Assembly: GCA_002269645.1 (NCBI GenBank)
Contig: NIVC01001838.1
Coordinates: forward strand, 1-64,000
Length of the DNA: 64,000 nucleotides
Direction of reading: 5' to 3'
Source of the DNA: Macrostomum lignano
Lineage: Eukaryota
A program made the position numbers and the translations under genes. Positions 11,805 through 23,018 of the stretch are shown here, piece by piece. The notes below the pieces were generated by a model. It saw nothing but the letters and a program-made list of their open reading frames with translations, did no database searches and had not been told where the DNA came from. The first letter of the stretch is position 1. Every line of letters begins with the position of its first letter.

Positions 11805-12952
11805 AGGCCTATGTTATATATTTTATTTGGAAACAACACAACATAGTAAGGCCTATGTTGCACTTTGAAATTAATTAAGGGGGCTAACCTGCTTAATCTG
11901 TTTCATTTATATAAAAAAGTTAACAGAAGAAATTTTGGCATAGATACAGATGCAGCTATCAACATATATACATAATACAATTATACTACAAATATACTAC
12001 AATACTATATATAGGCCTATACATAACATAATCAAGGGCATAGCCAAAAGGGGGGATAAAGGCCTAAGGGCATGTTCCCCGGAAGGGGAATTTTTTACTG
12101 CCTTTGTATTTTGCTTCCATTGCTTCCATTAGAGATAGGGCCTATATTTAACATGTCATTAGCATCAGGCCCTTGGTCTATAAATACAATAAGACATCAT
12201 TCAATTAACTATTATTTCAATCTATTGTAGCATAGGCCTAGACCTACAGTTATACATACGCCTTACGCCTAATCTCCCACAAACCTTATCAGATGAAACT
12301 ATTACTATTAGGCCTACGCATTAACTAATTCTATCCCATGTGTATACTGTGTAGTCTATGGAATACAACTGTTATTTTGAGTTTTTAACTCTTTATGGCT
12401 TAATTTTTGTATCCTTCAGGCAAACACAGGCAGAATTGCCAGGTGACGTCGTCGACATCCTTGCGCTACACACACAGCCAAAAATTAAAATTTCGTTCAA
12501 AGGCAATTTCTCTCTTCAATCGTGTTATTAAGGAAAAAGCCAGTTAATGTGTAAAAATCATTCGTTTTAATTAGATTTAGTTTTTTATTTTTATATCCTA
12601 ATAAACAGCCTTTTAATTTTTGGTTAAATCTCCAAAAACGACGTTTATTTTTTGTTAAGCTGACTACATCATTTAAAAAAATTGGTTTACAATAATTGGA
12701 TTGATTATTTTCACCTATATCTGCCCAGAAATTCTACTATTAAGTAACACCCCACGAATATGTTCTGTAAAACTCATTTAAAAAACAATTTAAAAAAATC
12801 TGTATTTACAGCTGCGTACCCTACAAACTCGTTGCCCCTGACAGGCTAGTGACATGTACGACTCCTTCTCATGACTGATGTATGAGGCTACCCGAGCTAA
12901 CTGTTGTGTATTGCAAAGGCATGCGATGCGTAGGGGTAGTTCGGGGACAGCG

Positions 12953-13048
12953 TTTCTAGAAACTTCCACCGCGGACTTGTTTACGCATAGTTCCAGAAGT
13001 TTCCTTCCCCGGTCTTTCTAGAACTTTCCTTCCCCGCGTGCATAAATA
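12953..13048 (+). promoter_or_regulatory. Three perfect heat-shock elements plus a TATA-like box
   Basis: TTCtaGAAacTTC (12954-12966), TTCcaGAAgtTTC (12991-13003), TTCtaGAActTTC (13016-13028), then CATAAATA at 13041-13048. Confidence 0.75.
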
Positions 13049-13515
13049 TACGAGCCGCCCTCCTATTGGCCAAGCCCTCTTTTGGTGCCACTGAGCGCCC
13101 GGATAATTATCTATCTTGTTTCTGCGTTCGTTAATTCAACAACAGAACACTAACAACATGTTTTTTTCTGGGGCAGAAGCAAGTTTTAGCAGCCCAATTT
13201 AATTTCAATAAAGTGTACCTAATTTGCTAATAGCGGACAAAATCAGATACATGTACACATGTACATGTATGCTGGACAGGGGTGTCGGAATCGGGGGGGG
13301 GGGGGGGCTGAAGCCCCCTCCCACTTTTTGCCATGATCCAGCAAGTGCCCTTTTTGAATTTTAAACAAGTGTCGACTGGTTTTGGGCTCTGGCTCTTCTG
13401 AGTCTTGGAAGCTAGTGGGGTATCAGCTGATATAATACCCGTAGTTCATGTTGTTCTCAATCTCCATTCCACTACAGTTTTTATCTACTGTGCATAAGCC
13501 TTGGTGCTTTTAGTG

Positions 13516-14574
13516 CATTGGTCAGCAAACTTTTCACCTAAAGGGCCAGATTGAGAACCTAGCGTGGCGCAATGACTGCCCTTCTGGGTTTGCTTCGCTG
13601 GGCCCCCGTAAGCAAAATGCGCCCATGAGTCCCTGACTGCAGGCAAGAGAAGGGAGAGAGGATAGGGAATAGAGTAGAGAATTATATGAGCGTAGGAGAA
13701 AGGAGAGGCAAGGAGAGGAGAAGGAAAGGAAAGACAAGATGAGAGGAGAGAGGAGAGGAGAGAAGAGAGGAGAGAGAGGGGAGGAGATGAGAGGAAAGAG
13801 AGGAGAGGGGAGGGGAGGAGAGGAGAGAATAGGAGAGGAGAAGGAGAAGGAAAGGAAAGACAAGATGAGAGGAGAGAGGAGAGGAGAGAAGAGAGGAGAG
13901 AAGAGAGGAGAGAAGAGAGGAGAGAAGAGAGGAGAGGAGAGGAGAGGAGAGGAGAGAAGAGGAGAGAGGAGAGGTGAAGGAATAAAGGAGAAGAGAGTAG
14001 ACGAGAAGAGAGATAAAATTGGAGAGGGGAGATGGACGAGGAGAGGAGAGACGAAATAGGAGAGAGAGGAGAGAAGAGGGAAGGGAGAAGAGAATGGAGA
14101 GAAAAGGGAGAGGAGAGAGGTGAGGAGATGAAAGGAAAGAAAGCGAGGAAAGGAGAGGGGAGGAGAGGAGAGGAAGAGGAGAGGAAAGAAAAGATGAGAG
14201 GAGAGAGGAGAGGAGAGAATTGAGAGGAGAGGAGAGAGGAGAGGAGATGAGAGAGGTGAGGAGAGTTGAGAGGAGAGGAGATGAGAGAGTTGATGAGAGG
14301 AGGGAAGAGAGGAGAGAAGAGGAGAGGAGAGGAAAGGAGAGAGGAGAGGAGAGAGGTGAGGAGAGGAAAGGAGAGAGGAGAGGAGATAGGTGAGGAGATG
14401 AGAGGAGAAGAGAGAGGAGAGGAGAGAATATGAGAGAATATGAGAAGAGAGCTGAGAAGAGACAAACATCGAGCGGGCCGGATTGCTATTGTGAAGATTT
14501 AAAGGATCTGAGGGCCGGATAGAGAGGCTTTGCGGGCCACATTTGGCCCTCAGGCCGGAGTTTGCCAACCCCTG
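13516..14574. mobile_element. hAT/Charlie-like MITE with an internal GA-rich expansion (about 13650-14465)
   Basis: Ends CATTGGTCAGCAAACTTTT..AAAGGGCCAGAT and GGCCGGAGTTTGCCAACCCCTG resemble Charlie/MER58 termini. 8-bp TSD ttttagtg / ttttagta with central TA. Confidence 0.85.
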
Positions 14575-15250
14575 TTTTAGTATTCAGCCCTTTCACTTTT
14601 GGCGTCTCTGATCGAAATTCCGAGTGCGCCGCAATCCCAAGACCTCAACCGCTGCTGGCGCTGCAACCAAAATTGCTAAAATGCCGTCAGCTAAAAGAAT
14701 AAAGAGACAGTGCCAAGAGGAACTGAAGGATTTTACTATATAAATTGATAATGCAATTTTCGCAATTAGTTGCGCGATGTTTGAATCAGTTAAAAATTCA
14801 AACATTTTCAGACTTTTGGCCACTTCCAACTCAAAATTTAATATCGGCCTGGTTGTCACAATTTCACAAACTGATATAACAGCAGGAGTTTGGGTGCCTT
14901 TAGATTTAAAGAAATTATTTGCAATGTGCCCTCCCATCAATAGCCCCCCCCCACTTGCAACTTTCCGGTTGACATCATACGACTTTCAGGAGGCAAACTT
15001 TCCCGGCCCTGGCAACTTTCCGACTGGCAACTTCAGCTGGCAACTTCCAGGTTGGCAACTCTCCCACGCCAAACATGCAGTACATGTGCATACGCGCGTG
15101 TGTACATGTACGTACTGAACTAAAGTACATGTACATGTACATATACTGCTGTCTGTCGCGTCGTCGCGGGGGGACAGGGGCTGGTCCCTCTAGTAAAGAA
15201 TGGGGGGGGACATGACAATTATGCTTGTCCCCCCTCCACCCCACCTTAAT

Positions 15251-15740
15251 TGTGGCGCGTTTTGGAAATCAATTTTGTTTCAGGACGCTAAAAAGGAACT
15301 GTGGCGCTGAAATATGAAGTGCCTTCGGCGCTAAATGCGTGTTCTGCGACGTTAAAATGAGCTCAACAACACCGGCCGATTCTCAAAATACATGTACTGT
15401 ATACATGTATGTAGCTTTTCAAAACATGTACATTGGAATTTAGTCATGTACATGTAAAATTCTTGGCTCTGCTGCCCCCCCAGCATAAAATCCATGGCGG
15501 CCCACCTTGTGGCCCGTTGTGGAAATCAATAATTTTGTTTCCGGACCGTGCTAAAATTTAGCACCTGCGGCGCTAAAATGATAGTGCCTTCCATTCGGCG
15601 TTAAAAAAATAAGTGCGAAGACAACAACCGACTCTCAATATGTAGATTCTCAAATCATATGTGTAGCAATTTAGTCATGTATACATGAAATTCTTGGCTT
15701 TGTCTCCCCACCAAAAAATCCATGGGGACGACGCCCCCCC
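15251..15740 (-). mobile_element. Two diverged tandem copies of a MITE-like repeat, related to the copy at about 28600
   Basis: About 15251-15505 and 15510-15740 share ggaaatcaat..ttttgttt, ggcgct.aaat, atttagtcatgta and aaaatccatgg. Their ends match the reverse complement of caggggcgtcgccatggatttt at 28600. Confidence 0.6.
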
Positions 15741-16098
15741 CGTGTGTAATGTACCATCGTTACACATTACATTGTACAATTTGCGCACATACATTTACAT
15801 GCATAATATATTGCTCTGATGGTAGCATAATAACTAATATACAGGTGGAAGTTTTGTGAGAGACACACTAGTACATGTTGTACATGTATGTACAAAATAT
15901 GTACATGTACGTACAATGTACAGCGCAGGAGTGCTCTCTATTTTTGATCTATACATTGCGGTGAAAACAATGAAATGTATTTTTACATAGCAACAGAATA
16001 AAGCTTGCTGCATCGAGATGTACATGTATGTTTAACCCCACATATTTACACGACAAAATATACCACCACAGAATGTATACTACTGTACGGGTCAAAAC

Positions 16099-16114
16099 GG
16101 CCCTTTTCAGGGCC
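16099..16114 (+). pseudogene. Orphan histone 3' stem-loop with no histone CDS upstream
   Basis: Perfect GGCCCTTTTCAGGGCC. Its downstream flank (acatttaat..aa..ctta.actc, ggtct.gttaaaat) is homologous to the H3 3' flank. Confidence 0.8.
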
Positions 16115-16558
16115 ACTACATTTAATAAAGGCTTATACTCAATACTCATCGCTGCATGGACCTTGCAATCACTCTCGTTAGTTGGGATATGGTCTAGTTA
16201 AAATAAGTACACTGTACACCGCTTTTGTGTAATTCTATGGCATAATATGGAATTACATGTATGTTGTAGTAGGAAGACATGTAGCTCGTAGATATATTTT
16301 TGTCGTCATTGAATTGTGGCGAATATAAAATATATTATATGATACAATTTCTGACAATTAGGCTTATCGACCGGCTTCTCAACTCTCTTGACCTGAGTTT
16401 GAACTTGAAGTGGAAGACCAATTCACAATTTTCCTTTCCGAACTTATACCGATTACCGAGTCGAGTGTTCAACAACTTACCCTCCACTGGACTTTTTCAG
16501 CATAAGTTCTGGTCATTCTACTTAAAGTAGTAGTATAAATACAGCTGAAGAAAAATGA

Positions 16559-17143
<585 letters not shown>

Positions 17144-17225
17144 GTTGCCGCGTTAGCAGCTAAGTGACTAGATCAGCAGTAATCCTGCTGAGTTAAGCTG
17201 TCGATAGAAACCTGAACGTTAAAAC

Positions 17226-17241
17226 GGCCCTTTTCAGGGCC
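17226..17241 (+). terminator. Histone mRNA 3' stem-loop of H3
   Basis: GGCCCT-TTTC-AGGGCC preceded by AAAAC and followed by ACCAC. Confidence 0.97.
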
Positions 17242-19162
17242 ACCACATTTAATGAAATCTTACTCGTCTGGGGTGTGGTCTGGTTAAAATGAGAGGAATT
17301 ATTAGTACGAATCGTACTATGACCCTTCACTTACACTGATACTGAAGCCGGTCAAGCAGAACAAAAGCATTATGCCAATTACAAGCACGTAGCTCTACTC
17401 TTGCATTTGTGTATATAAATATACGATTTCAAACTACACCTTTCAAGCACAATTTTATTTTTAGGCTAACTTAGTTACTGCCAACAATATTGTAAATAGG
17501 TTGTGTGGATGATTTTCATTCGCTTGTATTGTATAGTAAAGTGCTTGTATATTCTGCAGCTTGCTATGTTAGGTCAGCATCTTTTAAGGTAGTTTCAGCA
17601 TGACTAATATATCCAAATTTTCTAAATCCATAATATTGAAAATTAGTCTAAAGTCAACTCTCTGAGGTCTAACAGTAGTTAAAACAAGCAAGGGCAGGAC
17701 TAAATACATTTTGCAATGCGTACAATAATAAGTCACTGACTCTTACAATAGTATACATTAAAGTTAAACTAATATTTAAACACCGTACTGTACTAAATCG
17801 TTCGAAGCTTTTCACATTGTCTGTTCCGTTTTCAGAATCGGTTCCAGAACCGTGTTCTAGTTCTGGTTGAGATTAGATCGAGAAAATTTCTCGATCTGTT
17901 GTCATGTTTACAGATGTTTACAGTAAAATATATTTAAAATCGTCAATTTTTATTACTTTTATATTATTAATCTGTTTTTTTTTCATATCCAAGACTGGCA
18001 AGAGGGAACAAAGACAAGGAAAGACAAATTATAAAGACCGACAAACAAAATGGGTTCGAACTCGTCGAAGCTTTTCATTTTCCTACCGCGATTCTGGTTT
18101 CTGGAATCGGAATTATTCTGGTTCTGGGACTGGAACCAATCTTCGTGAAAAGCATATTTTTGAGTTTAAGTTTTGCAACTCAAAAGTTCAATCCCAAAAT
18201 TTACAAAGTACATTTATTACCGTAATAGGCCTTGGAAATAAAATGCTGTTCAACTTATTGTTTACAATCTTAAACTGGTAGTTAAAGAGAAATCTACTAC
18301 TTAGTCTAAACTCAAAAGCCACGGTAAGTTGCCTGTTCAGTCTATTACACTACACATTCATTCGGCAGGCAGCAACCACTCGCCTGCTACAGAATGATTC
18401 TGTTTTGACAATTGCCGATGTATAGAATGCATCGGGTCATGTCCCCAGTGTCCCCCTGGGCTACGCCCCTGTGCACATTCAAATGGAAGTGATTCTTCCC
18501 CAGGACTGAGTACTCGTCGTATTAAACTCGCAGTACGCGTACATTACGACTACCCTGAATACATGTGTATGCATGTACATGTATGCTTTAGCATGTACCT
18601 GCAATAACTTATTAAAGGTTATTAATTAGAGTGTTTTGTTTAATTCAAATAAAAATAGCATTTGTTTATTCAATTTTATTGAATGAATCTGGCGACATTC
18701 GACAAGACAACTTAACCAAGTTAACTACTAAATCCCCAGATTAATTGGGTCATTAATTAGCTTTATTAGTAACTTCCGACTTGTGATGGGGTGAACTTGC
18801 CCATCAAATTCTGTTTTTTTACTAATGGAAGTTAAACGCAGTACATGTAAAACAGAGAGCATTCAAGGCAGAATAGTTGAATAGATTTATATTTAAGTTG
18901 GATTGCAGAAATAAACGTGCATTTAAATTAAGTTTAACAACTTGCATGTAAGCTTACTGTAAGTAGAAAGAGACGAACATTAAATTGTATTTAATCAGAT
19001 GATTCTCTTTCAGCCAATAAGAGAGCTGGTCGTTGCCTAGGCCGTTGCTAAGAAAATTTCTGTGTTGGATTCGTATATAAATGTTAGGCCTGTCGCCTTA
19101 GTTCTTAAATCAACGATTTCACTTCATCTCTAGTCTTTAAATTCAATTCAGAAGAATTCAAC

Positions 19163-19543
19163 ATGTCTGGACGTGGCAAGGGTGGCAAGGCCAGGAGCAA
19201 GGCAAAGACTCGCTCGTCTCGCGCGGGACTGCAATTCCCGGTCGGCCGTATTCACCGTCTGCTGCGTAAGGGCAACTACGCTGAGCGCGTTGGTGCCGGC
19301 GCTCCGGTGTACCTGGCCGCTGTGCTGGAGTACCTGGCTGCCGAGGTGCTCGAGCTGGCTGGCAACGCTGCTCGTGACAACAAGAAGACTAGGATCATCC
19401 CACGTCATCTTCAGCTGGCCATCCGCAACGACGAGGAGCTGAACAAGCTGCTGAGCGGCGTCACCATCGCTCAGGGCGGCGTTCTGCCCAACATCCAGGC
19501 CGTGCTGCTGCCTAAGAAGACAAAGGTGCCCGGCAAGGCCTAA
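19163..19543 (+). CDS. H2A: Histone H2A, canonical, intronless
   Basis: SGRGKGGK...[19 protein letters not shown]...[16 protein letters not shown], with CCAAT (about 19013) and TATATAAA (about 19073) upstream. Confidence 0.99.
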   Translation: MSGRGKGGKARSKAKTRSSRAGLQFPVGRIHRLLRKGNYAERVGAGAPVYLAAVLEYLAAEVLELAGNAARDNKKTRIIPRHLQLAIRNDEELNKLLSGVTIAQGGVLPNIQAVLLPKKTKVPGKA

Positions 19544-19639
19544 TTAAGTGTGGCTCTGCACCGGAACTACCAGTGACCAGACTGCATTTAGTGGCGTCTA
19601 ACCTTATCAAATGACGCAATAAATCACGAACGCTAAAAC

Positions 19640-19655
19640 GGCCCTTTTCAGGGCC
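19640..19655 (+). terminator. Histone mRNA 3' stem-loop of H2A
   Basis: GGCCCTTTTCAGGGCC followed by ACCA; an AATAAA lies just upstream (about 19618). Confidence 0.97.
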
Positions 19656-20172
19656 ACCAAGCTCGCATGATGTCTGACAGTCTCATTAGACTCTTAGAGT
19701 CGAGTATTTTAACTTTATCAAAATCTAATTTAAAGGCTAGGTTAGCATAGCATGTCCTGAAATTTAGCATAGTACGGCAAAAGATAGCAATGCTCAATAC
19801 GAAAATAAGAATAATTATTAGTAAGTTAACTCCTGTCAGGTAGCCAAAGACCCAAGCAGTTGGTATAATTTCGTATTTAATTCCGTAGGGCTTACGATCT
19901 TTAAAAGATCTACTAGAATTCATGCAACGCAAGGGGGCCGTTCCCCGGCCCTGGTTCACAACTAGCAGTGCAGTTTCATTTTGACAGTACACGCTAAAAG
20001 CCTAAAACTATAAGGCTCTTTCACATTGCAATGCCACCATTCATCAAGTTAACTCAATTTCACACCTCACAAAATTTCTATTAATAAGCACTGATCACGC
20101 TTTCATAAATTTTTACTGGTGATAAAATGGGTCTGGGGTCTGGTAGTTTGTGATATGACTGACAGACAATTT

Positions 20173-20188
20173 TGCCCTGAAAAGGGCC
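20173..20188 (-). pseudogene. Orphan histone 3' stem-loop on the minus strand, one stem mismatch
   Basis: Minus strand reads AAACGGCCCTTTTCAGGGCA. No histone ORF upstream on that strand. A second truncated AAACGGCCC lies at about 20282-20291. Confidence 0.7.
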
Positions 20189-20969
20189 GTTTAACTAACT
20201 TGACTGATAGTGATAGGTTTAGGTGTTTAGTGATGATGATGATACGACGCCACGCCACTATCAGCAGACGTTACTGTCGGGCCGTTTAAGTCATATCTGT
20301 TTTACATTATCGATCTAGCAGTTCACACAATGTCAATCATAAATAATAAATGTAATATTAGAATAACTAGAATACTATATTTATTAAAACAATTGCCTGA
20401 ACGATCATAAATGAATCGGATGCGTCTTAGGGACGTTCGTCCTGCGTACGTTCTAAAAATGCCCACGATTTTCCATTGGGGGGGGGGTCAATTGAAAGAC
20501 TCGCTGCTTCAATTCATGCTGAGACCAACAATCAGAATTTTTTGGGATTTATACATGTACATGCATTTTGCCTGCTGGGGGCCGATTTTGATTTACGATA
20601 GCCTGGCTACTTTTCACTTGCTTTTGCAGAGAGTGTTTTATCTCAATTTTTGACAGCTTCATGATGTACAGCATGATCCTCTATAGCTCCTGTTGGCTGT
20701 TGCTTTTGACGCATGACTGGCGGAGGCATTATATTGCTTAGCTTTTTCCCTGTCCCTGTTAAGTTTCCTGAAAATTTCAGGTCCCGACGGAGAGAGAATT
20801 TTGAGGTTTTGGGAGGCCTTCAAAACCGCTAAAAAGACTAGCTGCGAGAAATGAAAGCGAGTTCGAAAAATTTAGCGATTATGAAGTTTCGCGTTTGTGA
20901 TGAAGCAAGTGCTTTCTTTCAGCGGTTATGAAATTTCGCGTTTTTTAAACCTATGCACTTTCTGGAGCT

Positions 20970-21100
20970 CACCCAATCAGAGTCCAGCTAGTCATCCCAG
21001 GATCGACCAATCAGAAAATTCAACATTGAGTATAACAAAACGGCTGGTCCAATCAGAAATCTCTTGATATACACCGCGGCCTCTCGCGGGGATAAAAATG
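20970..21100 (+). promoter_or_regulatory. Orphan promoter-like element with three CCAATCAGA boxes
   Basis: CCAATCAGA three times between about 20973 and 21057, then GATAAAAA near 21090. No convincing CDS follows. Confidence 0.55.
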
Positions 21101-22951
21101 CGCCTTGTATTCGATCAGCGGTGATTACTGTACATGTACATGTATGTATTCAGAGACAGTCGCCCTGCATGCAGCTAAACTTTAAATGCTCAAAACACCA
21201 GATCAGTTGCACTTTAGAATGATATAATTTTTCGCCAGGTTGTTCGAATTGGTCTTTAAAACATGATGCAAAGTTGGGCGCTAATCTACATGTACATGTA
21301 GGAACAGCAGGCCCGTGTACCATGTAGAGAAACGGCTTAATTTATATGCAATATTTAATTGCAGTCAAAATGAATAAAGTTTCAGTTATTTCAATTATTG
21401 CTTCGATGAACGGTTTACTATAGCTGCTATAGTTACTTGCACAGCTCCACAGACTGCATATACTGAATCAGCTAGGGTACAGTTTTCGCCAAGCACATGG
21501 TCCCAAGAGCACTATAGTGTAAGATAAAAAAATTTTAAAAAACAACGGAGATATAGCACCATTTTGTACAACTGACAAAATTTAACACATTGTTTAAAAT
21601 TGACCAATATGTTGAATTAATTCCTTGTTTATTTAAATGCTGTGCTTATTTAAGCCTTAAGTGCCTCACAAAGGAACAGGCAATCACATAATACCGTGTA
21701 CATGGAGAAGAGCTAGAGGGATGTGGGAAGAGAGAAGAAAGGCCGGGGAACATGACGGAGATTGGTAAAGAATGAGGATAAGGTTTTCGATGTGATAAAG
21801 AGGAAAAAAGAAGAAAACTAGTTAATAGTAAGAGAAATCAAATGAGGCAGAAGATAGAGATTTGAAAATTTAGAGTAAGAGGGAAAGAATGAAAAGAGAA
21901 GAGGAATTGGGAAGAACAGCATTGGGGGCTTGACCATCTGTCAGGAGTGAGAGGCCAGAGCGCTAAGTGATTCGTGTCTGCGTACCCCTCTGAGGCCCAA
22001 AAATCCTGCGTTCTACGGCTCGTAGAAGAAGGCCCCCCGAACCATGATCACATATATGCAACTGATGAAATAAAGTCTGCAGCTGGCAAATGTCGTTTTG
22101 CTGAAAGTCACAAAAGGCCCTGCGCGAGGGTTGGGTGCAGCACGTGTGTACATGTTGTATGCACAATATCCAAGCTGTACAGTGTAGTAGTTCTCAGGAG
22201 TCAGTGGAATGGGGCAGAATTGCTAGTTGTGAGACGAGGTCGCCGATGTCAGGGTGCACACAGACCTATTTATATTATTATAGTATTTATGTAGTAAAAG
22301 TTCAACATCACAATAATGCACGTACATGTACATGTACATGTAAGATCACATATGCCATGCCATGCAATGTCCATGCTATATACAGTATGTTTTACATGTA
22401 GTTAATGTATTTTTAATGTAAATGCATGTGCAAGTGATGAGGACCACACCTAAAAATCTTAGAATTGCACCAGAATTCTCATCTCATCTTATCTTACAGT
22501 TATAGTAGTCTACATGTACATGTGGCTCAGGGTTTTCCTTTATTTCTCTTTATTCTCGGACCTATTCTAGCTATCTAGGACACTGTAGTGTACAACGCTT
22601 AAACCAGAAAAAAAGTTTTTTACACTCCAAAAAACACCCCCGAAACAAGACGCATCTTAGATCGACATGAAATTGCCGGAGAAAAAATCGCTGATTGAAA
22701 ATTGCGACAGAAATAATGGGGCCACAGTATGGGTTTTATTACTGACGCGACTAAACTAAAAAGTGCGCGGGCGAGGCGGACACAGGTTAGGGAAAAAAAG
22801 CATCCATAACAACTCGTAAGAGGGAGCTGCTCTGACAGATTTACACTCAAACTGCTGCAAGATTTCTGACTGTGCGAATACCACGGAATCGGGGGGTTCG
22901 GGGGGATGTACGGGAGACAATGTTATTTTAGAGAAAATAACCGACACAGCG

Positions 22952-22983
22952 CCGTCCAAAGCGGACGGTTGGAAAAAAACTAG
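22952..22983 (+). mobile_element. Helitron-like 3' terminus (hairpin + 11 nt + CTAG)
   Basis: CCGTCC-aaagc-GGACGG at 22952-22968, an 11-nt spacer and CTAG at 22980-22983. The next base is A, not the canonical T, and no 5' end was identified. Confidence 0.45.
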
Positions 22984-23018
22984 AGTTAAACATTTTATTA
23001 ATACCCCTCATCAGCCGG

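Noticed and set aside
12800-12950. Possible snRNA, 5S or SL RNA next to the histone genes
   Set aside because: No match to the U1, U2, U4, U5, U6, U3, 5S, 7SL, RNase P/MRP or flatworm SL motifs as I recall them. A covariance-model search (Infernal/Rfam) would be decisive.
13485-14568. Ser/Leu/Pro-rich 300+ aa ORFs
   Set aside because: Translations of a GA-rich low-complexity tract inside a MITE.
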